64,000 bases of DNA from Promethearchaeia archaeon (GTDB lineage: Archaea; Asgardarchaeota; Lokiarchaeia; Sigyniarchaeales; SOKP01): positions 1,005-65,004 of the forward strand of contig JAZGEW010000055.1 of NCBI GenBank assembly GCA_036478875.1, given 5' to 3'. Below, piece after piece: positions 8,557-17,699 of this stretch (its first letter is position 1; every line of letters starts with the position of its first letter). Position numbers and translations under genes: made by a program. The notes under the pieces were generated by a model. It was not told where the DNA came from, searched no databases, and was given only the letters and a program-made list of their open reading frames with translations.

Positions 8557-10278
8557 TTATATTACAGAGCTAACTCCAATTGCATTTGAAATGACAGCAG
8601 CAAAGAATATTTGAACTATAGTAAATGATATTAAAATGACAGGATAGAAAGATTTTACATTTTGAAAAATCTTGGTATTTTGAATAATTACCAATAGAAG
8701 GACTATATACATAAAAAGAACAGAAGGAAAATAAGAGAGTTGTCGCGTTAATGCCATCAAGGTTATCATAGTTATAATCGCAGTAATTATTAATACACTA
8801 TTCTTGGAACCTTCCGATTTTAAGAATTTTAATCTAGGATAAATCACTTTTCTTAGAAGTATTTCTATTGAAAAAAATACTGGAAGTGCTAAATAGCTTA
8901 ACATAAAATCTACAACAAAATTTGATGGCCAGATGAAACCAAAGGGGTAATAGAATGAGAACAGCATATAAATAGCTATGAAATAAGTTGCACATATTAA
9001 TGTAAAAATTAAATATTTCAATTTAAACTGCTCCTTTATCATTTCTTTTGTATATTTCATCCTTTTGTCTTTAGGTTTCTTAAAATGTATGATTATTCTA
9101 ATAATAGTGTAAATAAGAATCATATTTATAGAAGCATAAAGAATTCCTGTCATACCAAAAATTCTCTCAAATAATACCCAATTAAGTAAGAAAGAACCAA
9201 TATAAAGAACTATATTGAAAATTTGTTTTCGCTTTCTTATCTTGCTAATCATTATCTCATATCTAAATGAATCAAACTCTTCATAATTGTTATTATTTCT
9301 AAAAAATATTCTACTTGATACGGATATCAGAGATATAACAGTAACAAATATTAAAGTGATGTTTATGAAAATTAATACATAATTTACGTAAAATGTAATT
9401 ACTATTGGTCCATTTAGAGTGGTAGAGCCGAAAAATTTGTATTCAAACCAATTAATTGATTTTGTAAGAACTTTATCTGAAAATAATTGGTGTCCTCCAC
9501 CTATTAAAAAGCCTGTTATTGGAATAACTGTACAATTTGTTAATTCTTGTGCTTTAATTGCATTATCCGAAAAATCCAATGCTTCATCCTCAACATGCAT
9601 TATAACTAATAGATTTTGAGTATTTTCTTCATTCAATAAATTAACTGGGATATAATTGATAAATTCCTCGTTATAAACAAATCCATATCTTGGAGGTGTA
9701 AAATTGACAAGTGGTGCTAAAGCAACTATTACCTGAAACCGTGGATCTAAAGCTTGATTCATAAGCACGACCATTCCACCAAGTGAATGACCAATCAATC
9801 CAATTTGAGATGTATTTACATCTGTATAAAACTGTAGAGTTTCCAATTCATCTAATAAGTTAGAACAATCCTGAGCTAATGCTGGAATACCTGTAAGGGG
9901 GGCTATATTATTAATATTACCACCACTCTCACCATGTCCTTGATAATCAAGAGCAACAACATAAAAACCTCTCTTCGTAAACTCAATAGGTATCCTAAGA
10001 TCAAAATCTCTTTTCGATCCGATACCATGACAATAAATAACTAAAGGTTGTTGTTCCTGAAATTCTAAAGTTTTAGTTGGATAATAAAGATTTGCATAGA
10101 GAGTCGCCCCAGACGATTCAAATTGAACACGTTCGTATCTATTATAACTCTGGGCTTTATTTAATTGTAGAGTGGTTAAGGTTATAATTAGAATTATGAT
10201 AAAAATTAATAGTTTCTTAAGTTGACGATGATCTTTATGGGTCATCTCACCAACAATAATAAATTCAGACTCTTCCAA
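8557..10278 (-). CDS. Alpha/beta hydrolase domain fused to a multi-pass membrane domain
   Basis: The N-terminal half has HGIGS..., LDYQGHGESGG and the nucleophile elbow GHSLGG. The C-terminal ~280 aa are strongly hydrophobic with several predicted TM helices. The track start is TTG; ATG at Met12 is possible. Confidence 0.7.
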   Translation of the reverse strand: MEESEFIIVGEMTHKDHRQLKKLLIFIIILIITLTTLQLNKAQSYNRYERVQFESSGATLYANLYYPTKTLEFQEQQPLVIYCHGIGSKRDFDLRIPIEFTKRGFYVVALDYQGHGESGGNINNIAPLTGIPALAQDCSNLLDELETLQFYTDVNTSQIGLIGHSLGGMVVLMNQALDPRFQVIVALAPLVNFTPPRYGFVYNEEFINYIPVNLLNEENTQNLLVIMHVEDEALDFSDNAIKAQELTNCTVIPITGFLIGGGHQLFSDKVLTKSINWFEYKFFGSTTLNGPIVITFYVNYVLIFINITLIFVTVISLISVSSRIFFRNNNNYEEFDSFRYEIMISKIRKRKQIFNIVLYIGSFLLNWVLFERIFGMTGILYASINMILIYTIIRIIIHFKKPKDKRMKYTKEMIKEQFKLKYLIFTLICATYFIAIYMLFSFYYPFGFIWPSNFVVDFMLSYLALPVFFSIEILLRKVIYPRLKFLKSEGSKNSVLIITAIITMITLMALTRQLSYFPSVLFMYIVLLLVIIQNTKIFQNVKSFYPVILISFTIVQIFFAAVISNAIGVSSVI

Positions 10279-10510
10279 AACAGTTGTTTGTTTTTTTGAG
10301 ATAATTTTTCATCACCAAATTTATTTTTCTTATTTTTCAAACTTTATGAAACCACAATAATAAAATAAAAAACAAAATATTTAAATGTTTTCATACTTTT
10401 TGAAACTTAAAAAGCATCGTTTTTGCTCTTACTTTTTATGGGTAAAATTTGAGTTAAACCACTGTTCAAAATCAAGAAAATTTATAAATAAATTGAGATA
10501 AATCTCTAAT

Positions 10511-11410
10511 ATGGAAGAAATCCATCATGAAATAACAAATAAAAAGTTCTCCCTTCTACTTTCTGATGGTTTTAAGTTATTTCGTAAGAATTATAAAAAA
10601 CTATTATTAACTTGGTTTATTTTCACATTACTCTATAATTTATTAAATGTCTTTTTATTAACTGATATCACATATCTATACTCTAACAATGCAATTAATA
10701 AAATAGTCTATTTAATTATTTATTATATAATTACTGGATTATTAGGCCTAATAGGTGTTATACGGGTATGTTCAATAAGCACTTATTTATTTAAAGATTA
10801 TTCTATTATCAATGTTAATTTTAAAGAGGAATTTAAAAAAGCTATAAATTATAGGCTAAAATACCCCATTTTCATTGATATCATCTTTTTCATTTTATTT
10901 GGTGTTATTTTTGATTTAATTCAAGATTTTATCTATGAAACTTTATTTCTATCAGGGATCTCGGTGTTTTCTTTAGTATTTTTATCTTATTTTATTTTCA
11001 TACCATTAACTTTTATTTCTTTGATTTTAAGTACTATTTATATATTTGTTAGGTATACTTACAATATCAAAGATATTGAAAGACCAATTTATGAAGCAAG
11101 ATCATTTACTAAAGGTTTTTTTTGGAAAATAGTTGGTGCCTTAGTTATAAATTTCCTTATACTAATGATTGCTTTTTATCTCTTTATGCTTATTTCTCAA
11201 TTTATAATGATAATATTTTTTCCAGATATATTTTGGTCAATATCAGGAAATTATGTACAACCACGTAATTATGGTTTAATTTTACTAAATAATTTAATTT
11301 TTGACATACCTACAATATTATTAGGACCCTTAGGAGCATGTCTAATAACCCCACTTTTTGCACATCAATATTTAAAAAGAGAAAACAAAAATCTCAAAGA
11401 AATAATATAA
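10511..11410 (+). CDS. Multi-pass membrane protein, function unknown
   Basis: 299 aa with a long run of hydrophobic segments. No catalytic motif recognised. Confidence 0.5.
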   Translation: MEEIHHEITNKKFSLLLSDGFKLFRKNYKKLLLTWFIFTLLYNLLNVFLLTDITYLYSNNAINKIVYLIIYYIITGLLGLIGVIRVCSISTYLFKDYSIINVNFKEEFKKAINYRLKYPIFIDIIFFILFGVIFDLIQDFIYETLFLSGISVFSLVFLSYFIFIPLTFISLILSTIYIFVRYTYNIKDIERPIYEARSFTKGFFWKIVGALVINFLILMIAFYLFMLISQFIMIIFFPDIFWSISGNYVQPRNYGLILLNNLIFDIPTILLGPLGACLITPLFAHQYLKRENKNLKEII

Positions 11411-11441
11411 TTAATTGAACATCAAAAGTCAGATTTTAAAT

Positions 11442-11492
11442 TTAACGACGTCCCCTAATTTTACGAGTTTCCCTTTCAACTTCTTTTAGTAA
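11442..11492 (-). pseudogene. Decayed fragment of a second rps28e 3-prime end
   Basis: My minus-strand translation gives LLKEVERETRKIRGRR*. The true S28e C-terminus 57 nt away (stop at 11549) reads [16 protein letters not shown]. Similarity stops upstream of this stretch. Confidence 0.5.
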
Positions 11493-11548
11493 CTTTTTGA
11501 AACTTGAAAAAATATTTATAAAAATGAGCAAAAAAAGTTGAATAAGAA

Positions 11549-11791
11549 TTAGCGGCGTCTTCGTATCTTACGTGCTTCTCTTTCAACTTCACGTAAAATG
11601 ACAACGTCGTTCAGTTGAATAGGTCCTTTTACATTTCGGGTTAATATTCGATTTCTATCAGGTCCATCAAGAATGCGAACTTTGATCTGTGTAATTTCTC
11701 CAGTGAGCCCCGTTCGACCAATAATTTGAATTACTTGTGCGGGAATCGATTGATCTCTAACAGAAGTTTTAGATTTGTCTAATTTAACCAA
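11549..11791 (-). CDS. rps28e: 30S ribosomal protein S28e (eS28)
   Basis: 80 aa. [58 protein letters not shown] is canonical eS28. Confidence 0.9.
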   Translation of the reverse strand: MVKLDKSKTSVRDQSIPAQVIQIIGRTGLTGEITQIKVRILDGPDRNRILTRNVKGPIQLNDVVILREVEREARKIRRRR

Positions 11792-11809
11792 ATATAATCA
11801 CCAAAATAA

Positions 11810-12181
11810 TTACTTTTTAATTTCTTCTATTTTCTTTATTACATCATCCAATACGCTTTCGTTCCCGGTACCAACTTTTTCAATAGCAATTGCGCTTGAA
11901 GATACGTTAATTCTTACAACATTACCAAGCTCTTTTTTAGTGGGAAGATACCCATACGCAATGCCCTTTTCTTCGCATAAGAGCGGGATGTGGAACAAAA
12001 TCTCTGGTGGACTGACATCTTCAGCCATAACTACAAATTTTGCTTGGACTCTTTCGATAGATTTAGTTACTTCATTCATACCTTTTCTAAGCTTGGAATC
12101 CCTAGTTTCAGCAATAGTAGTTAAAGCATTCTTTAGCTGATTTTTTAATTTTTCTGGAATTTTAAATTTAACATAAGAAAT
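11810..12181 (-). CDS. rpl7ae: 50S ribosomal protein L7Ae (eL8/kink-turn binding); 5-prime end lacks a canonical start
   Basis: The track ORF 11810-12079 begins at an internal Met (MNEVTKSIERVQAKFVVMAEDVSPPEILFHIPLLCEEKGIAYGY). The same frame upstream reads ISYVKFKIPEKLKNQLKNALTTIAETRDSKLRKG, the expected L7Ae N-terminus, back to a TGA at 12188-12190. It contains no ATG, GTG or TTG. Confidence 0.8.
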   Translation of the reverse strand: MSYVKFKIPEKLKNQLKNALTTIAETRDSKLRKGMNEVTKSIERVQAKFVVMAEDVSPPEILFHIPLLCEEKGIAYGYLPTKKELGNVVRINVSSSAIAIEKVGTGNESVLDDVIKKIEEIKK

Positions 12182-12271
12182 GTTTAATCATCTCCTTCAA
12201 ATATATTTTATTTAAGATATATTTTCATAAATCATCGATTTATTATAAGAAAAGTAATTACAGAAATTAAA

Positions 12272-12338
12272 TAAAATTTTTCATTTAGGTAAAAAGCCGA
12301 TAAATTTTGTTAAAATGCTTCTTTTAATAGAGTATGAT
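12272..12338 (+). repeat. Copy A of a 67-nt direct repeat (duplicate of the rpoN promoter and start region)
   Basis: 61 of 67 nt identical by hand alignment, with no gaps, to 13406-13472. Includes TTAAAATG...TTTTAATA and an ATG at 12334. Confidence 0.85.
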
Positions 12339-12543
12339 AAACAGAGTTTTATCTTCATTGGGCAATTTTCTGATTTTCATAGCTTTTTCTGGCCATAGAT
12401 TTCTCTCATCTATGGGAAAGGATTCTTTAAACCCTTTCAATTGTTTTTTCAAATTCTCTTCATTCCAATAGATTTTACCATATGATTTTTTTTAACCTTA
12501 AAAAAAAATCTTATTTTTTATAGATTGGTGAAAAATTAAATTT

Positions 12544-13386
12544 ATGTCGCTTCAAAAAAATAAGGTAATCTATTTGTTTTTATTATTATTTGGAGTAATA
12601 ATAGGAGTAATTATAGTTGTTTTATTATATGTTTTTAATTGGTCTACTATAATTGAACCCTACCAAACACATGAAGGGACTTTAGAAGTTGTCCTAACTA
12701 TAGGCATTCGAATATCTATTGTTTTTTTAATGTCTGTATATACTTTTTATAGTTGGTTTAAGCAGGAAAAACAGTATTTCTCAGATATACCTTTCCTTTT
12801 TGGTATCTTTTTCTTACTGCTCATTTTTGGGAAGTTATTAGATTTATTCATCAATTTTAGTTATTTCCAATTAGATAGCAGATTACTACTCCTTATAATG
12901 AAAGCTCGATATTTTATAGCGATTTTTGATCTCCTTCCAATGATTTTTCTTAGTATTTATATGATATTAATTTCACTTTCAGTAAAAGAACGATTCAATA
13001 AATTAACCAATGAGAAATATCTAAATAAAATTAGACTACGAATTTTGGTAATAGTCATCGCTATTGAAATTGTTGTTGATATTTTTATCCTAAGCGTAGA
13101 AAATGCCCCTATCATATACCCAATAACGATTCTTCCATCCTTGATTACTATTGTGTGGTTATTTAATTTTGCATGGAGAAATCAACGTCTTTCACAAGTT
13201 AATACCTTTATCCTTATGATCGGATTTGGATTATATTTAATTACATCAATTTTAAGACCATTAATACAATTTATTCTTGGTGAATCACCTTTATTCGTTA
13301 TTATGGCAGAGACAATAGACATAATCATTTTCTTAATAATCTTTATTGGCCTTTATAAAAAATCAAATTATTCTGCAAGGAAATAA
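12544..13386 (+). CDS. Multi-pass membrane protein, function unknown
   Basis: 280 aa with about 7-8 hydrophobic segments. Lies between the two 67-nt repeat copies. Confidence 0.5.
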   Translation: MSLQKNKVIYLFLLLFGVIIGVIIVVLLYVFNWSTIIEPYQTHEGTLEVVLTIGIRISIVFLMSVYTFYSWFKQEKQYFSDIPFLFGIFFLLLIFGKLLDLFINFSYFQLDSRLLLLIMKARYFIAIFDLLPMIFLSIYMILISLSVKERFNKLTNEKYLNKIRLRILVIVIAIEIVVDIFILSVENAPIIYPITILPSLITIVWLFNFAWRNQRLSQVNTFILMIGFGLYLITSILRPLIQFILGESPLFVIMAETIDIIIFLIIFIGLYKKSNYSARK

Positions 13387-13405
13387 ATTGAATATTGAGT
13401 GTATC

Positions 13406-13472
13406 TAAAATTTTTCATTTAGTTAAAAAACCTAAAAATTTTTTTAAAATGCTTCTTTTAATAAAGTATGAT
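13406..13472 (+). promoter_or_regulatory. Copy B of the 67-nt repeat; candidate rpoN promoter (leaderless)
   Basis: An A/T box TTTAAAAT lies about 25 nt upstream of the rpoN ATG (13468). The repeat ends 2 nt after the ATG. Confidence 0.5.
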
Positions 13473-13668
13473 TATACCTATTCGATGTTTTTCGTGTGGT
13501 CGCCTCATAGCCCATGTATACAAACCTTATCTTGAAATGCTGGAAAAAGGAGAACCAGCAGAAAAAGCTTTTAAGGATCTAGGAATTGAACGCTTCTGTT
13601 GCAAAAGAATGATAGTTTCGCACGTTGACCTGATAGATGAGCTACTTAAATTTCCACGATTACAATAA
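13468..13668 (+). CDS. rpoN: DNA-directed RNA polymerase subunit N (Rpo10/RpoN)
   Basis: MIIPIRCFSCGRLIA...FKDLGIERFCCKRMIVSHVDLIDELLKF is canonical Rpb10/RpoN. Confidence 0.9.
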   Translation: MIIPIRCFSCGRLIAHVYKPYLEMLEKGEPAEKAFKDLGIERFCCKRMIVSHVDLIDELLKFPRLQ

Positions 13669-13716
13669 TTGTATTTTTTTTTAAATATTAGAAAGAGTAA
13701 GTAAGAATAAATTTGA

Positions 13717-13908
13717 TCATTGTTTCCCGTAATGGGCAGTCCATCTTGTTTTTCTTGCTTTTCTTTTAAAATCAAGCATTGATCTTCGGCATTTATTACT
13801 ACAGAAGTTCAGGACAGTACCATCTCTCTTCACAAACATGAGACCTCGACCGATAGGAATGTCGTAACCGCAAAAGCTACACTTTTTTACCTTTACCATT
13901 ATTTCCAC
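13717..13908 (-). CDS. rpl24e: 50S ribosomal protein L24e (eL24)
   Basis: KKCSFCGYDIPIGRGLMFVKRDGTVLNFCSNKCRRSM is canonical eL24. The start may be the second ATG at 13899. Confidence 0.9.
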   Translation of the reverse strand: MEIMVKVKKCSFCGYDIPIGRGLMFVKRDGTVLNFCSNKCRRSMLDFKRKARKTRWTAHYGKQ

Positions 13909-13928
13909 TTTTAAGAATTGTTTAAATT

Positions 13929-14327
13929 TTATTCCTTCTTAAATATTTCAGCTTCTCCGTATTTTACAATCTTTAAGTTAATTAATGTCATATCATACGT
14001 TATTTCGTCTCCTCGAACCGTTTTTCTCCTTTTATCTCCTTTTCTTTGAGGTTTATACCCAATACCTTTTTTTGAAACCAATATTTTCTTTTTAACTGGT
14101 CCATGAACGCCTTTTCTCATCGGAAATCCACTGAAATCACTTCCACCCGTAATTATAAATTCATAATTTGCAAATCCTATTAGTCCACCCTTTATGATTT
14201 CTCCGATTTTCATCCCTTCAAATCGAAATTTCTTCTCATCAATCTCAATTAGTTTAGACAATCCTTTTCCAGGACCCTCGTTCCCACCACTAATATTTAG
14301 TTTGTATACAATTTTTTCAGAGGACAC
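13929..14327 (-). CDS. rps6e: 30S ribosomal protein S6e (eS6)
   Basis: KLNISGGNEG...ITGGSDFSGFPMRKGVHGPVKKKILVSKKGIGYKPQRKGDKRRKTVRGDEI is canonical eS6. GTG start. Confidence 0.9.
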   Translation of the reverse strand: MSSEKIVYKLNISGGNEGPGKGLSKLIEIDEKKFRFEGMKIGEIIKGGLIGFANYEFIITGGSDFSGFPMRKGVHGPVKKKILVSKKGIGYKPQRKGDKRRKTVRGDEITYDMTLINLKIVKYGEAEIFKKE

Positions 14328-14500
14328 GATACATCAATATCGAACTTAAAAAGCAAGATTAACTTCTAAAATGTATATTTTCATAAAAATTTTATGGAAA
14401 AGTAATACTTTGAATAAGTTTCTAAATAAATCAAGATAATGAAATTTATTTTCATGAATTACCTATTACAATTATATAAGAAATTTATTGATTTTCCTAT

Positions 14501-15313
14501 ATGCAAATATTTGAAGTTGTGGAATTATCAGAATTCCCTTACATGGAAACACGAGAAGTAACTCAAGGGCAGACAGTTAGTGATATCTTGAATGAAACTA
14601 GCATTGAAAGAGTGTATTTACTCGTAGATCATGATACTAAAAGAATTTGGACATACAATGGTCCAAAGAGTTATTTTAAAGTACAAATTTATGGAGGAAT
14701 TTTAGCTAATAAGCTACGGCAACAATTAAAATTGTTTTATAGAGTTTACACATTGAATATATATACAAAAGAAGATAAACAATTTCAGGAAATATTAGAA
14801 AAACCGATTAGTGGAGGTAGAGCTAAGCCAATCGAAAAAAAAGATTTTCCAGAACCAACTCCAGATAAATTTGTTGCCGATATTTCAGTCTCAAATCCAA
14901 AAATAAATAAAGCTATAGAATATATAAACCAGTTTCCTCAACCCGATAGCCTTATCCGAAGATTTATGATAATCGGTGGAGCTATTTTTACAGATGAAGA
15001 AATTACAGAATCATTTGTTAAAGAAGAAAAAATCACTATTAAACCTGTAAAATTAGGACGTTTGAATACTGGTTTTACATTCTTTCAAGATCATAATTAT
15101 TCAACCCGAATAATCATAAAAGAACGAAATATTCAAGGAATTGAATTATTTGTAGACGAAAACGATAAATCTCCTTCTTTAAAAATTGAAATACCTCTAA
15201 TTTATGAGGAAAAATTCAATAAACCGGGTTCAATTAACTCCTTAGTTAAAGCATTTCAGATCCCTAAGAAATTACCGGGAGATATCGATAATCACGATGA
15301 TTCTGCTAATTAA
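14501..15313 (+). CDS. Hypothetical protein with gelsolin-like N-terminal segment (tentative)
   Basis: RVYLLVDHDTKRIWTYNGPKSYFKVQIYGGILANKLRQQLKLFYRVYTLN fits the gelsolin repeat pattern. Its 3-prime end overlaps the next gene by 17 nt. Confidence 0.35.
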   Translation: MQIFEVVELSEFPYMETREVTQGQTVSDILNETSIERVYLLVDHDTKRIWTYNGPKSYFKVQIYGGILANKLRQQLKLFYRVYTLNIYTKEDKQFQEILEKPISGGRAKPIEKKDFPEPTPDKFVADISVSNPKINKAIEYINQFPQPDSLIRRFMIIGGAIFTDEEITESFVKEEKITIKPVKLGRLNTGFTFFQDHNYSTRIIIKERNIQGIELFVDENDKSPSLKIEIPLIYEEKFNKPGSINSLVKAFQIPKKLPGDIDNHDDSAN

Positions 15314-16643
15314 CCCTAGGACTTCAAAGCCTTCAGAAGTTCGATCACAGTTTTTCAGAGAACCAAACTTAGGATTGTTATATTTAGCAGCAATTTTAGA
15401 TTTAAATGATATTCCTGTTGAAATTTTAGATCTTGAGCAATTTATAGATTTAAATGAAGATGAGTTAGAAAACGTAATTCATGAAAGAATAATCGATTAT
15501 AAGATTTTTGGCATAACTTCTCTTACTAACACTTTGTATCTTGCGTTAAATATTGCGAAAATAATTAAAAATTACGATAGAAATAACTATGTCATTTTAG
15601 GTGGGCCTCACGTTTCTTTTATGTATGAAGATATCTTACAAAATGATAAAAGAACGGAAGATCTAATCGATTATATTTGTATTGGAGAAGCAGAGAATAC
15701 TTTTTTACACTTAGTTAAGATTCTCATTCATAAAATATTAAACAAGGAAAATGAAAGTATCTATGAAACACAATTAGAAAATCTTAAAGGGCTTGCTTAT
15801 CTTAATGCAAAAGGAAGACTTTATGTTAATCACTCTAAAGAAGTTATAGATATTGAAAATTTACCCTTGCCCGCACGCTATAAATTATCTCAAGAAAATT
15901 ATTATTACACTGTAGCTAATGTTATTATCAATAGGGGCTGCCCTAATCAGTGTTCATTTTGCTCAAGACAGAATTTGTTTAAAAATACTAGAATTAGAAC
16001 TATAAAATCAATTTTGGAGGAAATTGTAGATATTAAATCTTTACGGACTTATAATCACATCAATTTCTACGATAATATTAATATCAATAGAAAATTCTTC
16101 AGAAGTTTTTGTAAAATGTTTGTTGAAAATGAATTAGATATACCATGGGGCTGTGAACTACGTGTAGATACTATAAATTCTGACGACGCACGCTTATTGA
16201 AAGAAGCAGGATGTCAATTAGTAGCAACTGGTATCGAATCTGCGAATGAAATGGTTCTTAAAACTAATTTTAAATATCAAGATCCGGAACGAGTTAGAGC
16301 TGGAATTGTAAACCTAAAAAAATTTAATATAGCTATTCAGGCATACTTTGTATTAGGCTTACCAGGTGAGACTGATCATAGTTTTTCTGAAACTCGAGAA
16401 TATATAAAATCTTTACCATTCGACGATAGTGATGAATTGAATTACTTTGTAGCAACACCGTACCCAGGCTCTCGTTTATGGGATGAAAAAGAATACTTCG
16501 GTATTAATATACTCGAAAATGACTTTACTAAATACGATTGTAATCATATTATATTCGAGACAAAGGAATTAAGTAAAGAAAATTTAGAAGGATTATATGT
16601 GGATGCAAAAAAGATTGAAAAAGCCTACCAACGAAAATTATAA
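15297..16643 (+). CDS. B12-binding (class B) radical SAM protein
   Basis: MILLINPR... then GGPHVS (cobalamin-binding domain style) and RGCPNQCSFCS, a CxxxCxxC radical SAM cluster motif. Confidence 0.85.
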   Translation: MILLINPRTSKPSEVRSQFFREPNLGLLYLAAILDLNDIPVEILDLEQFIDLNEDELENVIHERIIDYKIFGITSLTNTLYLALNIAKIIKNYDRNNYVILGGPHVSFMYEDILQNDKRTEDLIDYICIGEAENTFLHLVKILIHKILNKENESIYETQLENLKGLAYLNAKGRLYVNHSKEVIDIENLPLPARYKLSQENYYYTVANVIINRGCPNQCSFCSRQNLFKNTRIRTIKSILEEIVDIKSLRTYNHINFYDNININRKFFRSFCKMFVENELDIPWGCELRVDTINSDDARLLKEAGCQLVATGIESANEMVLKTNFKYQDPERVRAGIVNLKKFNIAIQAYFVLGLPGETDHSFSETREYIKSLPFDDSDELNYFVATPYPGSRLWDEKEYFGINILENDFTKYDCNHIIFETKELSKENLEGLYVDAKKIEKAYQRKL

Positions 16644-16675
16644 TTCAAAACAAATTATCTAAAAGGTGTATATCA

Positions 16676-17008
16676 ATGCCTAGCGATTTTACTGAAAAAA
16701 TTATTCAAATAATTAAAAATATTCCAAAAGGTAAAGTTCTTACCTATGGATTTATTGCTAAACTAGCAGGGAATCCAAGAGCAGCTAGACAAGTTTCATG
16801 GACTTTACACTCATCAAGTAAAAAATATAATCTTCCGTGGCATCGCGTAATCAATTCAAAAGGAATAATAGCTTTAAAATCAATTGAAGATCGAAAATAT
16901 CAAAGGAACCTATTAGAACAAGAAGGAATTATGTTTTCAGATGACTTTAGAGTCGATCTTAAAAAATGCCTTTGGAAAATCGATTCTATTGAAAAAGTGG
17001 GAAAATAG
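16676..17008 (+). CDS. Alkyltransferase-like (ATL) protein, MGMT DNA-binding domain without the active-site Cys
   Basis: PKGKVLTYGFIAKLAGNPRAARQVSWTL...LPWHRVINSKG. The PCHRV active-site motif of O6-alkylguanine transferases reads PWHRV here. Confidence 0.75.
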   Translation: MPSDFTEKIIQIIKNIPKGKVLTYGFIAKLAGNPRAARQVSWTLHSSSKKYNLPWHRVINSKGIIALKSIEDRKYQRNLLEQEGIMFSDDFRVDLKKCLWKIDSIEKVGK

Positions 17009-17018
17009 GGTTTTTAAG

Positions 17019-17321
17019 CTAAATATTCCTTGCTCTATGTGGTAAGCAACTCGGAAATGTTCGAAAAAATACTGAAAATGCAATATCTTCCTTACCCTCA
17101 TGAAGCAATTTTCTAACACTTTCTAAATTCTCTTTCTGATTAAGTAATATATTATTAGGAGTACTAAGTTGAGCAGTGTTTTTAATTTGGAAGTTAAAAT
17201 TTTCGATTACTCTGTTTCCATTATCGTTTTTGAAATTTCTAAAATCTTTTCGACATACTTTTAAAACATTACCATATTCCGGTTTCTTAGGAAATTTTCC
17301 TTTTGCAATCGTATATACCAT
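17019..17321 (-). CDS. Hypothetical protein
   Basis: 100-aa ORF with no recognisable motif. Coding status is uncertain. Confidence 0.3.
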   Translation of the reverse strand: MVYTIAKGKFPKKPEYGNVLKVCRKDFRNFKNDNGNRVIENFNFQIKNTAQLSTPNNILLNQKENLESVRKLLHEGKEDIAFSVFFRTFPSCLPHRARNI

Positions 17322-17699
17322 TTATTTTTCACACTTCAATGCTTAAGATGTAATTTTTATTATTTTGATATAAATGTCAAGTTTGATATAAATAGTTTGC
17401 TAGGTATCAATGATTTGTATATATTCTTAAAATCTTATTTTTATCTCTTATATTATCATTGGAGACCAAATCGAGCAGAAGTTGCTTTTATAATTTCAGA
17501 AATAATTTCAATATCTTTCTGGGTAAAATTTGGAGTATAATAAGTAGGTTTATGTAAATGTTTGGTATAATACTTTTTATAAATTTTTTTTTGTAATATT
17601 TATTTAAATTGGCAAATAATATTTAAACATCACAAGATTTGGTTTAATAATCCAGTGATAAACATAATTTTAAATACAGAAATAAATACATGAAATAAA

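Noticed and set aside
11775-12140. 121-aa plus-strand ORF overlapping rpl7ae
   Set aside because: It is antisense to an unmistakable L7Ae reading frame and its product is low-complexity and hydrophobic. The same reasoning applies to antisense ORFs such as 1227-1412, 4503-4811, 4772-5020, 9419-9619, 13527-13775, 17714-17971, 19807-20052, 23621-23803, 25251-25586, 40326-40556, 41448-41678, 45382-46254, 49582-50268, 51183-51509, 52747-53503, 55430-55663, 56065-56678, 57262-57456 and 63378-63791.
12334-12471. 45-codon ORF (MINRVLSSLGNFLIFIAFSGHRFLSS...) opened by the ATG of repeat copy A
   Set aside because: Short, low-complexity and without homology that I recognise. It is most simply a by-product of duplicating the rpoN start region.
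12324-12485. Protein-like minus-strand frame (KSYGKIYWNEENLKKQLKGFKESFPIDERNLWPEKAMKIRKLPNEDKTLFIILY*) between rpl7ae and the membrane gene
   Set aside because: There is no start codon, because a TAA lies immediately upstream next to an A8 run. I recognise no family. It may be a gene remnant but cannot be supported.
17456-17596. Minus-strand frame ...YYTKHLHKPTYYTPNFTQKDIEIISEIIKATSARFGLQ* in the 17322-17699 spacer
   Set aside because: Only about 45 codons, with no start codon and bounded upstream by TAA after a T9/A9 run. No recognisable homology. It may be a decayed fragment.
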